Below are positions 37,857 to 50,823 of a DNA stretch of 64,000 nt, in pieces (the first letter of the stretch is position 1; every line of letters starts with the position of its first letter). The DNA lies in assembly GCF_964355755.1 (NCBI RefSeq), contig NC_092676.1:16696871-16760870 (forward strand). The letters run 5' to 3'. The notes beneath the pieces were generated by a model that saw only the letters and a program-made list of their open reading frames with translations, was not told where the DNA came from and searched no databases. Source of the DNA: Antedon mediterranea. Its lineage: Eukaryota > Animalia > Echinodermata. The translations under genes were made by a program, and so were the position numbers.

Positions 37857-39916
37857 GGGTAGTAACAAAGTGCGAGGCAGCGAGGCACGCGAGGCAGGGA
37901 AGGCATGCGAGGCAAGTCAGAAATTTTTGCGAGGCATCGTTTTACCATCATCAAAAAATGCGAGGCATCATTTTATCATTTCTCAAAATTGCAAGGCAGG
38001 AAATCACCGAAATTGAAGTAGCCTAGGCCTAGGCCCGCTAGGCTAGTTTCCTTTTGCACCTGCCTTGTATTTTAACCAACTTTATCCTGAATACCACAGC
38101 TTAGAATTAGTAGGCCTACTTTAATGAAGAAAAATCACATAAAAGTAACAATAAATCCATTAAATTGGTGATTTTACAGACGTTGTTTTTCTCGCATTTC
38201 GCACACTCAATGTTCAATATTTTGGTTTCTATGGAACGCCAAAAGAGCAAAATTAATTAGAGGGCTAAAAACTCTGTAGAATCCATTTATATTTAACGCA
38301 TTATTTGGTGAAAATCAAGTACAATTTCAATAGATTTTGTCACTGTCAGTAAGGAAAAATGTTACTGTTGATAATGTACACGGTTTCGTTAACCTTTTAA
38401 AGAATAAAATAGAAAAAATTCATCATAATATCCTTAGTAGGATGCCCTAGGTCTAGACTAGGTAGTTAGTGATGTTGATTTAGGATCGATTATTATTCTT
38501 TGAAAACAGAACAGTATCAGCAGTAACATATTACAGCATTTTTATTGACAAATTAACAAATATATTGAAATAAATTTTCACCAATAAATGCATGAGAAAT
38601 TGACGCATTCCACTGAGTTTTAGTCCTCTATTATCGTTGCTCTTTTGGCGCTCCATAGAAACAAAAATATTGAACATTGAATAAGTGAAATTCGCGAACA
38701 GTGTGCGAGAAACACGCCTGTAAAATCATTAATTTAAGGATTTATTTGTTACTTTTTATGTGATTCTTTCATTAAAGTACTCATGAGGTATACTTCTAAG
38801 GTGTGGTATTCACACGATAAAGTTAGTTATCAAATTTGGAGTAAAAATACAAGCGAAGGAAACTAGCGCCAGGTTTATTAGTACGTACATGGACAACAAT
38901 AAATAAAAATCGTTCGTAATATACCTAGCTTACTAAAACAGGAATAGTGTATCATTATTAAATATTACACCAATTATTATTATATCAAAATTGATTAAAT
39001 TATTTTCTACATAGGCCTCTTATCTAGGTTAGGGCTAAGCATATTAGCTAAAGTTTAATTTTAGGCCTAGTATTACAATTGTCGGACGTAAGTCTTTTTT
39101 CACACGCGCTCCAGAATTCTGTCGCAATTTTTTTCTTTGCGGCATGTTATTGGATCGCCATATCAGTTACCTTTTATTCACCGCCAGTTATTGAACTTGT
39201 CCTGGCAATCGCTGTTCACCTTATTTGCGAGAGAGGTACACGTGTTGTTCCTAGAGAATGGAATGTCAAAAATGTCTTTGGCACGCCGCTCAGAGAGAAG
39301 TCTGTGCGTTGCTGCTGAAACCACGTGCTATAGGAGGGGAATGCCCCACAATCCTCTGAGCTAGCTGAGGGCTGAATCATTCCGCTACCTGCTAAATAGT
39401 AAAGAGGGATTTTCCATCTCTCGGGTCTACCCGATCTAGGCGCAGGGGTGTGACAAAATATTACTTTCACTCTGCTATGTTCGAGAGACATGTGAGTGAA
39501 CACGCTCGAAATGCCAACAAACATTGCAGTCATTTGATGAGTGTGTCGCTATAACAATTATTGTTTATCGAAAGTTGAAGACTGTCGTTCAGATTTTGGA
39601 ACCGTAGTTTGGGCACTTTTGTAAAAGTAAAATTTGACACGATATGACTTGAATAAAAAAACAATCGTTACATAAAAATAAACAACATGATGAGTGTATA
39701 CACGAATCTATTTAGATACGCTTGTATCGATTGATTATTAGGCCTATAATATAGCATAATAGCACGTTAAGATATGCCTCGCACCTTTTTGAAATTGTAA
39801 ACTATATGCCTCGCATGCCTCGCACTTTTGGAAATGATAAAATGATGCCTCGCACAAATATTTGGCATGCCGCGCTTGCCTCGCGTGCCTCGCTGCCTCG
39901 CACTTTGTCAACACTC
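37857..39916. mobile_element. MULE-type element with (GCGAGGCA)n arms
   Basis: TIR ..ACAAAGTGCGAGGCAGCGAGGCACGCGAGGCA; perfect 9-bp TSD CATTAGTTT at 37848-37856 and 39917-39925. Confidence 0.9.
38042..38867. mobile_element. Foldback element with ~280-bp imperfect inverted arms
   Basis: 38042-38315 is the reverse complement of ~38574-38867 (e.g. TCAATGTTCAATATTTT, CGCCAAAAGAGCAA). Confidence 0.8.
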
Positions 39917-40038
39917 CATTAGTTTCAGCTTGACAACTGCCATTTTGTTATGTGGCTAGTGATGCTTCCTTCCTGCAGGGGGCTATCGCCAGTAATGAAT
40001 ACTTGATAACACCATTCTACTATAATACTATAGGCCTA

Positions 40039-40071
40039 GTCTAATCATGGAGGATACCTCCATGGTCTAAT
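40039..40071. other. Putative P/Galileo-type excision footprint
   Basis: GTCTAAT + CATGGAGG-ATA-CCTCCATG + GTCTAAT. Confidence 0.65.
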
Positions 40072-40589
40072 GTAGACCTACAGATATGAGATATTTTTAG
40101 GAATATGATTGTGAATGATGGATGACTTTTATACATAACAAGAATTATGAGCGTTACACTACAGCAACAACATTGGTTAGACGACGCCATGATTCACGTG
40201 TATAAACATAGGAACGGTTTGTTATGATTTTATACCCACTCGGATTTTAGACGCCGGTTCGCCATTTCTCTCTATTGTATATCCTGACAGACAGGACTTG
40301 AATTTACCCTTCTTACAGTAGGTAATACTAGCTACTGCTGATCTTTTGGTTAACTAAAGGCCAAAAATGCATTGTTATGACACTTGCCATCAGCATGTCA
40401 TGCTTGTCATGCTTGAAAAGCGCCTGACATACCAGTTATTTGCTACTAGTACTAGATACTGTATACTGTAGGTTTTAATTTTCCATAGATTTTGATTTAA
40501 TAGCGCCCTCTATGTTTGGATGTATTTTGCAAAAGCTGTAACAGTAACAAAAAAAGGGTGTTACTAAACACCCTTTTTTTCTTACCATT

Positions 40590-40810
40590 TTTAATGAGGG
40601 TGATCCATCCAGCAATTGCTGATCATTAGGGACCCTCAGAGGTTCACAAGACAAACATGTACAGAAGATGCTCTACATAAACAAAGTCTTATTACAAGTC
40701 TTTGGGAGTGGAGTTGTAATTTTGTCCTTAGAAAAAATCCTGACATGTGACAGGACTTCAGCATGGTAGTTAAGCATCATAACCACCAAGCCACAACTCC
40801 ACTCCAACCA
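40590..40810 (-). mobile_element. Old tRNA-derived SINE remnant
   Basis: Minus strand GTGGCTTGGTGGTTATGATGCT (A-box-like head); body degraded. Confidence 0.35.
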
Positions 40811-43800
40811 ACCTTCTTTATTATTTATACTATTATCTATTGATATGCTATTATCTTTGATATTTTCATTTTTTCCAAGTTGGGACCTCTGCATACAGAC
40901 TGTATAATTGCTTAAAAAATATACTGTACAACAATATAAATTATAATTATAATAAAGCACAAAAAAGATAAAATATTCTCAAGAACATCCTAGGACTTTA
41001 CCCATATAATATTACAATGAAAGTCAGGAAATTCATCTCTAAATTTACGTCAGATTTCTACCACTGTAGCATTGTATTTCATGAATTTATTTATCAACTG
41101 TAATCATCCATTTACAAAGATATTCAGAAAATACTGTTATTCAAGATATTAACTAAGTGGCAAAAGGAAGAAAAAAATAACCACCCACTTATTTTTATTG
41201 CACTGCTCTAACTCCTTAATTCAATTTGTAACGCTCTATTTCATAAAGTCAATCTGCCTTTAAGGAAGAGAATTAAAAAAAAAATATGGCTTAAGTTATG
41301 TTATATCACTGTTATCAGTGTGAGTGTTTTAAGGATACAGAGAAGGAAACAAATTGGAAATGCACTATGTCATTAGAATTCATTGGCTGTGCTATATTTA
41401 TTACAAACCAAAGCTTTTAGTTGACTATAAATTGCTTGCTTATTGCAAATTCACTTTGCTATATTGACTAAAGCAATGTGAGATACAGTCAATCTATACA
41501 ATACAGTGACTTGCTTTGAAATATACGGCTGTTTCATTGATTTTTGGTTGTCTGTATAAAATGGCAAGAGCCATGAGATCGGTATATGATTTGTATTCCT
41601 GTTGGCCATTTTCTATTCACCAATTCTACATGAGATATAGGTGAGTCTAGTTTCCTTGGTATTTGGTTTAGTAATAGTATTCAGATAAATAAAAATTCTA
41701 AATTATACAACAAGGAGGTCAATGAATATGAGTATTGCTGAACTGAGTGTGCTTCTTTGAATATGAAAATAGGCATTGCATAAATAATTTGTTTTCCTTC
41801 TGAATAATTTCCACAAACTAGCTTGAATTATAGTTTTTCTATTTTCTTCGCCTGTGCTGTGCCTAATAATTCAGTAGAAACTATTGATTGAAAATTTAAA
41901 ATTAAAAACATAAAGGTGACTTACTGTAGTGTAAAACCTTTTTAAAAATAGCCTTCAAGTTCAAGTATTGACTGTCTATCACACATGTTTGAGTTTAATC
42001 CCAACCCCTAATTTAGGCTAAGTTCAGTTCAAAAAGGAACTTTATGGTAATTATACAATCTAAGAATCCCCACACTAATTATCTCTAATTTTCCAAAATT
42101 GTACCTCTGGGAGTGGGACTACTGTACTACTGTACTAAGCTATCAATGTCTAATTAGCTAATTTACAGTATAATTTAAATTCTTCCAAAATTGGAGTGCA
42201 AACCTTCCTCGCGAATGGTTTAAAATAAAAAAATCAAAATCTTGGTCTAGCCACTTGTTAAAACGAGTAATGAGTATTTTATATTGTGCAAAAATGGAAA
42301 AAATAATTTCATTTTGCGAAAGATTCTATTTCACCTCGTGGAATTATTTTACCATTGCACTTGTAAACATTCATTATTTGTGTATTTAATATAATAATAT
42401 CTTTAATAATTTTATGTTATGGTCTGTCTTACTCTTATGTGCCAAATAAAAAATAATCATTTCAATTTTAACTGCTTTAACTGCTTGTACTGTACATGGT
42501 TTTAAATATTAAAAAATGACTACAATTAGTAATTTTTTATCAGGGTTCATAATTGAGATTTAATATTCAATGACTGATGAGGAAGTCTCAATATGACGGT
42601 AGAAATAATCAAGATTTCTTACAACTCTGAATAAATAATCTTTTTCATATCAAGATTACAGTTTTATTGATTCTGCAAAGTACAGATGTTTCATGTTGTA
42701 TTTTACCCATAAAGTACTGTAGTGTTCAGTAATTGCACGATTCAGTATCTGAATGAACAAGATAATTGAATGGCATATAGTACTGATAGTATATCTTGTG
42801 ATAAATGTTATGATGCAGTATAGTTAGTACACATTCCAGTATTGAACTCTATCATTATTTTGAGGATTGCTATAATACAGTTAAAAATGCTTCGTATTTT
42901 TTGGTAAGTACGCCAAATTTAGGTTTATACAGTACTGTATTCTGGATACAACATAATGCTTGCTATTATGCCATATTGAAATTTGCCCAACATGACTCAT
43001 AACATAGTGACAGTCATGGTATTCATCTGGACATAACATTTGAAAGTCTTGAACTATCTCAAACCCCACCAAATGAAATGTTTATGACGTAGTGTACAGT
43101 ATTTTAAAGTTTGCAATATTCCAATCATAATTCTTAAAATACCATACAGGACAAATTATATTTGTTATTATTTTTCTCCATTAGAAAACGAAAATATAAT
43201 AATTTATAATATTATAATTATTTATTATTAATAATATAATAATACAATATTAAAGATACAGCAACAAAAAGTTGAGAGCAATTTTAAGGGGATAGCTTGA
43301 CAGCTTTTCATGGGGATTTTCAAGGTTAAAATACAATATTAATTATTATGTTTTCTGATTACCTTTTAAACTGTATTTATATTGTGTATTCATTCCAGAT
43401 TTTTATTGTATTAAATTATTATAAAATTTATTTGTTAATGAGAAATTTTAAGCATTGTTTAATACCTTGATATGATAAATTCAAATTTACATTGATTCAG
43501 TTGTTTTTTTGTTTCTCAGCCGTTGGGCTGCCTTCCGTTTGTACTATTTATGTGTTTTTTTATGAATAAAATACCTATATTATATTAAAGTACAGTATAC
43601 TGTATAGTTCTCTGTCATTCTTCACATAGACAGTTGCTTTTGATGTTTGTAAATAAACCACACTCATGTTTTAATTATTAAATTTATTGTTTATCAGAAA
43701 AACTGCAGGCTGGTTACATTCACATGGTATAATTCAGTTGTTTAAATCAGCACCTTTTTGTCGGATAAAAAGAATTTTGTATAAAAGTTTTTCATTATAA

Positions 43801-44217
43801 TTATATAATATTGTACAAAGTCTATTTTCTTTTTATTAATGTTTTCAGGTACAGTAATGGAGAGTTTTATAATATTTTTCTTGTTTTTTAACTGTATTTG
43901 TCTTTTTGCATTATTGAATAATGTTGTTACTGTATGTTTACTTTTTTTAAACAAACAAAAATAAATGGTTTGTTATTGTTGAGACTGAAATAAAGCTATT
44001 TGACTTTGATTGCTTGAAATCAAGCTTTCGTCTATTATCTTATGGGAATATTGTGTTGTGATGTTTGATATTATAGCCTAAAGAAGAAATTGCTTTATCC
44101 TTTGAGATTACAATTAATGAATGGGAAAGATTTCTTGAATAAATGATCAGAGAGATTCTTGTCTACAGTAATGGAGAAATTTGTAAAATTTTGTTCGCAA
44201 TATTCTTTTTTTGATAG

Positions 44218-44372
44218 GCGACCGAGGAAGGAGAAGAAGCCAACTACGGTGGAGGAAAAGAAATTATTCTTAGAGCCACAGTATACGAAATCACAGGTTA
44301 TTGACCTTGATATACGAGAACTTGTCAGGTTGCCCAAAGGGTTAGAACTTAACGAATGGCTTGCATCTAATT
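44218..44372 (+). CDS. MOB2: MOB kinase activator 2, exon 2
   Basis: TTTTTTTGATAG acceptor, T|GTAAGT donor; RPRKEKKPTTVEEKKLFLEPQY..LVRLPKGLELNEWLASN. Confidence 0.95.
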
Positions 44373-45174
44373 GTAAGTATGAAAATCTGTTTGTGATGCA
44401 TGCAGCGCTCAAAATAATATGATAATTATTAAACAAACTTGAAATGACATTATGAGGAAAGATTTCTTCAGTCGCCTGATAATGTTCTGAATTTTACCTA
44501 TTTTCTTCTAAAGGAAATTACTGTACATTTACTGCAAACCATACATTAATAATAAATGTACGCTTATGTTGATGCAGAACGCCACTCAACTGAAAGTTTG
44601 TGCAATTCACTATGTTGAATTGAACTAAAAAGAACTAAATTGAAGGAATGAATGAGCGCTTATGTCGGCACTGGAAATGAATGTAACTAGTCCTGGTTAA
44701 CATAATTTGTGCACGTGTGACGCCATTCAAAGTGAAATGAAAGGAACTTTTTTATCATATTTTTTGCGCCTGTCAGTTGCGTTCAGTTGAGGTCAATTGC
44801 ATGTCGACACAGTTGAGTTAAATTCCATTTCGACATAAGCACACAAACACACACGACAGAAAGATTGTATGAAGTCGACCAACTATTTTACCCCATTGCA
44901 CTGTTGAAAAATAAATACTATCAATTGCTTTAATTTTCCTTTTGTTTTTCCTTCCTCTGTTAAAAACATTTTTGTTGCGCCTGTCAGTTGCGTTCAGTTG
45001 AGGTCAGTTGTTGTCGACACAGTTGAGTTGAGTTCCGTGTCAACAAAGCACACAAACACACACGGCAGAATGATTGTATGAAGTCAACCAACTATTTGTG
45101 ACTCCGTTCCTCTGTTAACAAATAAGAAATACTATTCATTGCTTTTATTTTGCTCTTGTTTTTTTCTTCCTCAG

Positions 45175-45271
45175 GTTTATCATTTTTCAATAACATCAAT
45201 GTATTGTATGGAGTGGTGTCTGAATTCTGTACTAATGAAACATGTCCACTAATGGTCGCTCCTTGCAATAC
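45175..45271 (+). CDS. MOB2: MOB kinase activator 2, exon 3
   Basis: CTTCCTCAG acceptor, AC|GTAAGT donor; CLSFFNNINVLYGVVSEFCTNETCPLMVAPCNT (Zn-binding Cys pair). Not in the ORF track. Confidence 0.95.
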
Positions 45272-45764
45272 GTAAGTTTGAAACATTATCATTACACTTT
45301 TTAGTAAAAAATAATGCAAAAAAATAAAAAAATAGTGGGTCATACAATCAACATGTGCATAATCTAAGATAAATTATGTAAATTGTTTCGTTTTTATTTG
45401 TAATGTTTAAAAAACATTGTCTACAAAAAATATCAGAGACCATCTGAAAATCATGTGAGCGTATCAATTGTGTCATCTTGTCCTCTCTCATTTTATTATT
45501 TCGTTTCTAATAAACCTACTGATTGTTTAGCCTGGATGCTTAAATTGACCCTCGTAAAATATAAAAAAAAGCTATTGTCTTGTTATGTTGTTCAACCAGT
45601 TAGCATTTCGATATATTTGTCTGGACACCTGATTCCAGCCCAAGTATTATACATATGAAAGGCCATGTGTGCCAAAATATTTATCTTTTCATCAGTATTA
45701 CAGTAGTGAGACACAGCACTACATACAAATGTTTTAATATCTTTATTGAAATGTATATTTGCAG

Positions 45765-45889
45765 TCAGTACTTTTGGTATGATGATAAAGGAAAGAAGAT
45801 GAAATGTACAGGGCCACAATACACAGACTATGTCATGAGTTATATACAAATGAACATGAAGGATGAAACAGTGTTTCCTGTTAAATATG
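45765..45889 (+). CDS. MOB2: MOB kinase activator 2, exon 4
   Basis: TTTGCAG acceptor, G|GTGAGT donor; QYFWYDDKGKKMKCTGPQYTDYVM..VFPVKYG. Confidence 0.95.
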
Positions 45890-46669
45890 GTGAGTATGCA
45901 TCTGATGCCTAACTAAATTATACTAAAATGCACAGTTCTTAGAATCTTAGTGCCCAAAAGGTTCTAAAAGCGAGCGATAGATTGACAAGTTTACACTCAT
46001 ATTGTCAGAAATGTGAAGATCTAGTGTAAAGTAACTGGCACTTTAAAAATAAATTTAGTGATCTCATCATAGGTAGCTCATAAGATTTACTCTCACAATG
46101 CCATTTACCACATTGCTAAAAGTATACAAGAATGACACAATATTCAAGTCAAGTAAATTTATTGTCATTTGTAAACGTATAAAAAACATTTAAATTGAAA
46201 TGAATTTGAACGTAAAGTAAAAACACTTTCAACTATTGATTGATAGAATGTACTCATCACTTCTGATCTAATACCAAATTGTCTCAGTCTCTAGTAAGAA
46301 AATAATAATAATAATTTATAACTTCAATAACATCATAATTGTTTGCTAACAAAAATAGAACAAATGTGATGGTTTCATTGCAGATGTAATTCAAATTTAA
46401 TTTCTGAAATAAACCCTAACCCTAAACCCCATAATTTATACAACTATTGAGCAGCTATATACTGTAGACATTTAGCACTTGTAAGCTATGTGGTCTATAG
46501 GTAAATAAATAAGGCACCTAATTTTGTGAAACATATAAGCACTGTATTACAGAGTAAAAAAAAGGTAAACCCAAACCAAACCCAAGAATTCCAGTCTAGT
46601 GAGCTGGAGGTCATTATGGGTCACAGCACAAGTATAGTTGTCACCAACAACATACTGAAACCATAATGA

Positions 46670-46945
46670 ACATAAGTGTGTGGCACACTGCATTGGACTA
46701 CTGATTGTGAGTTTGAATCCAACGCTTGTCACATTGCTTGTATCCTTTAGGCACAAGACACTTTTAAACTTAATTTGCCTCTCGTCACCCAAGTGTACAT
46801 AATGTGTACCTGGTACTGTAGGGTCAAAACATGACTGCGCTGATTTTGGGAGTATGATTCCACATGTGTTTACTGTTTGATTAAAAAATAATCGCGGTGA
46901 TAATGTGAAGCTCTTAGAGGCAAAGTGCTATTTAAGAACTACCTA
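46670..46945 (+). mobile_element. tRNA-derived SINE with conserved central domain and L2-like tail
   Basis: B-box GAGTTTGAATCC, core GTATCCTTTAGGCACAAGACACTT..CACCCAAGTGTACATAATGTGTACC, tail TGTGAAGCTCTTAGAG..GTGCTATTTAAGAA. Confidence 0.6.
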
Positions 46946-46982
46946 TGTTATACCTATATATAATTTTGATTTTATTTTGCAG

Positions 46983-47254
46983 GTCAAGTCTTCCCTAGCA
47001 ATATCGAGAGCATTATGCATAAGATTCTACGATACTTATTTCACGTTTTAGCTCACATCTATCACTCGCACTTTGAACAGCTAGTCTTCTTCCAGCTTCA
47101 CCCCCACCTCAACTGCGTCCTCGTACAACTTGTTCTTTTCTCATATGAGTTTCACCTTTTGGAATCCAAAGATTTCACTGTACTAGAGGATTTAATCGCA
47201 GAATTAGATATATCTGCTCCTTCAGATTCTAACAAAGCCGCAGACAACTCGTAA
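46983..47254 (+). CDS. MOB2: MOB kinase activator 2, exon 5 (last); spliced CDS 666 nt, 221 aa
   Basis: TTTTGCAG acceptor; GQVFPSNIESIMHKILRYLFHVLAHIYHSHF..LHPHLN..EFHLLE..EDL; TAA at 47252-47254. Confidence 0.95.
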
Positions 47255-47919
47255 ACAATAAATGCATATTTTATAATTAATATTTTCTTGAATAACATGT
47301 CTTATTATTATGCTAAAATCATCTGTTTGAATTTACAGTAGTATAAAATATCACGTTTGTATGCTTTTTCTTATTAAGTATTTACTTTTTAGTGAATATT
47401 AGGTTTTAATTTTTCTAATTAATTTATTTAAAAATGTACTAATCATTTTGATATCAACAATACATATACAACAAGTATTTTATGGTAATTTTTAACCTAC
47501 AAAACCCAATGTGAGCTACATAAAAACAGGGTTGGGCATGCGTTCATGTGGGTACTGTATGGTGTTTCTCAACATGAGTTTGTACTCTATTTCAGCTGTG
47601 CCTTTTTATGTGACATGCTGATATCAGCATTGAGATTCTTAAAAGGCTCCACAGTACAGTTCATGTGTTTCTGTGCTCATTGTGGAAGAAATGTAAAACA
47701 TGTTCAACTTAAAAATACCATAAAATAGTTTCATACAGACAAATACAGAACAAAAAAAATAAACATACAAGAACGATGTGGAGAATTAGCAAAGAAAAAC
47801 AATTAGATTGAGAGTGTTGATTAAATGTGGTATTTTTATGTATTACATTGTGCATACAAGGCATTTTGGTAAACTGTATTGGTAACTGTATTGGTAAACA
47901 TTTGTTTGATATGGTCTAA

Positions 47920-48054
47920 AGCTCTGTGTACTGTACACTATCAAACTTTATGTGACAACAAAATGTGATGTGCCCATATTATATAGACATGATGATGTCA
48001 TATCAATACCATATTTGGGCACATCACACATTTTTTGATGGTGTAGACAGAGCT
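47920..48054. mobile_element. Harbinger-like MITE in the presumed MOB2 3' UTR
   Basis: TIR AGCTCTGT(C/G)TACAC(C/T)ATCAAA with TWA flanks; related shorter copy at ~21372-21453. Confidence 0.7.
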
Positions 48055-50823
48055 TTAAAACATGTTAACTCTTCCATTTGTGTACATATTAATTTTCACT
48101 CCTAATTTAAAGAACAATTAATACCATGTTGGCCTCATTGCAAAGTTTAGTACGTCCAAGGTAGAATTGAATAGTAAAAGAAGCTTTGATTGATAACTTG
48201 CCATAAAGTGATCGTGATCATTAACTCTTGTGTGGAACCATGAGTTTTTCCTTGTTGTTTTTTATCATCACACTATAGTCTATTATGTACGCTTAAGCTG
48301 ATCCAAATCATCTTTGAGTTAAGCTGGTTTTCCATTAGGTGAATTTAATCACGCAAATCACCAGAATAATGCTCATACATATTCATAATTCCAACACATT
48401 TTTGTGACTCTAAAAATTGTACAACCAATCAGAACTCTGGAATGTTCGATTTGCGCGAATATTAAGTGGTTGTGTTAGCAATTTATTCTCATATACAGTA
48501 TGTCCTGTATTGTTCACCATGATAAATCTGTTGTGCCTCTGACATAACACAGTATATTGAGTGTTTAATCTGTTAGAGGAAATATATCATTATCAATTAG
48601 ATTAACATCTTTTAAAATATTTTTATCAACTTTGTTAAAAATTTTGATGTGTATAATAAATAATTATATAATTTATACAAGTTATAGTAGGACTGTTTCA
48701 GGTTGTTGTGGAGATTATCATTTATATGATTAAGTTAAACACTAATTTATTATTGCATTATTTATGTTTATTTTGTATTTCAGTTTGGGTTTTCAAAAAA
48801 TAATAATAGAAATACAGGTACAATAAAGAATTTTAAATGTTGTCTTTTCTAAAAGTTGTTTCAGACAAAAGCAATATATTTTGACCCCAAAGACTGTTCT
48901 CAAACATATAAGATGTTACAATGCTCAAAGAGTAAAACAGGGCAAATAAGGTCTCAGATTCAGGTGTCATGGCAATTTTTTTTCTTTTAAATGTCTTCAC
49001 CTTAAACTTGATTTGTATTGAAAAGGTCAACTTGTGTTAAATTTTTATTTGGGATATTAATAGGTTGCCTGTCAGGGTGGACATTTTTTCAAGTTTACTA
49101 ACTAATATCTGATGTTTATAATCAATTCATATTGTTTAATACGTAATGACTTGGTACCTGATATTTCCAAGTTGGGTGGTCAACATAAATAAATTATTAT
49201 CTTTAATGTGGAAGCATTAATATGCATCAGGTATTTTTCTACTGTAGGCATAATGTCATTTGTTTCTGCCCAGCAGCCATACCATCATGATTTTCATGTT
49301 CATCATGATTTTTTAAATGAGAATGGAACATACAGATATTTTATTTTATTTAATAGTTGAGTTTTTTTTTAGCCTAGACTTGGTTGTTATATTGATATTT
49401 TTAAGCTCTGTTTTGTGGACAGTTTTGAGTGCAATAAAATAACCAGTTTATAGTTTAAAATGCATACACTAGTTGGAAAAAAGGCAGATGTACAGTATGA
49501 ACATTTACACTAATGATGTTTTGAGTCTGAGATGTCCTGTATAAATGTATAAATAAGTGTATGAAATATAGAAAAGAAGGAATAATCATATAATTGTAAC
49601 GTCTGTTTTAGGTGACTGTTATATTGTAGGCCTACTTACGGCAATACACCATTGTATAAAAAAAAAACATTCTTCTAATTCCTGTGATTTTTTTATTTGT
49701 TAAAACAGCTAATTTCATTGCATTTAACAAGTTGCAGGTACCAATGTGAGATCGGTATCAAGTAGTAATCTTATTTTATTACATTTATTGGTTTTTAGTT
49801 TTAAATATATTAAATTAAAATGGAAATATAAATTACTAATCATATTTACTTATTATCAATAAATTGTATGATTAAAATATCATAAATAGAAAACACTTTA
49901 CTATTTATTTAAAAATATAATTAACTAATTGTAATATAAATTACTAATCTTATTTACTTTGACAACTTTATACTGATTACCAATACATTTTATTATGATT
50001 GAAATATCATAGAATACTTTACTACTATTAAAACAGGAACACTTTGTCACAAATGATAATTATGACTAAGCTAAGATTCCCTTGTATAGTATTTCTTTTT
50101 TACTATACCTAATAACTATACCTGGGCAGATTTCTTGTATTCTTGATCACCATAAGCAAACATTATTTGCCTCAAACCTCCAGTATTTTTTAATCCCACC
50201 TCAAATCTGTTACATTCTACCATGGAGATGTTATCTCTATGGTTATACACAGGCCTACACAGTGTCAATAATCTAACTGGTGTTTGGTTAAAATCATATG
50301 TAGAATCAGAATCATATATTCATGATGCATTGTTCACGTTTAGTTAATTTAAGTGTATTTTTAGTTTATATAAGATTATATTATTTTTGTTAATAATAAT
50401 AGGATGTTAGTATGTTTGCCTATGCTGATTTTAAATGTGTGAATTTAATTCAGAGCTTACAATTACATTAAATAGTGGTAGTCAGAATATATCTCTCCTT
50501 GTTCTAAACAAAGAGTTGTAAAATAATATAAACTCTCTGATCTAAATGAAGATTACAAATAAATGCAAACACATAAACTACAAAAAGGTGTTTTCCTTGT
50601 TTTTATACACCTACAGAGAGTGTGGTCATCTAAAGTTGGGAACTTGGGAGAGTTAGTGAACTATCTCTATGCTGGGATCATTCAAAAAGTGAATGAAACT
50701 GAATATAAATAGATGAGTTGATATTGATGGGCCATATCAACCCAACTATTTAAAAAAAAGCGGAATACATTCTTTTTTTGCAGTGTTTTTAGTCAATGAT
50801 CGAATACAGTACTGCAGTTCAGC

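Larger units (their letters stand above)
37323..40273. mobile_element. ISL2EU-like non-autonomous element (outer layer of second nest)
   Basis: TIR AGAGAGAAATGGCGAACC plus subterminal CCGAGTGGGTATA / TATACCCACTCGG; AT flanks on both sides. Confidence 0.7.

Noticed and set aside
39079-39533. GC-richer ORFs or an HDV-like ribozyme inside the MULE element
   Set aside because: No protein motif, and I could not build the nested double pseudoknot.
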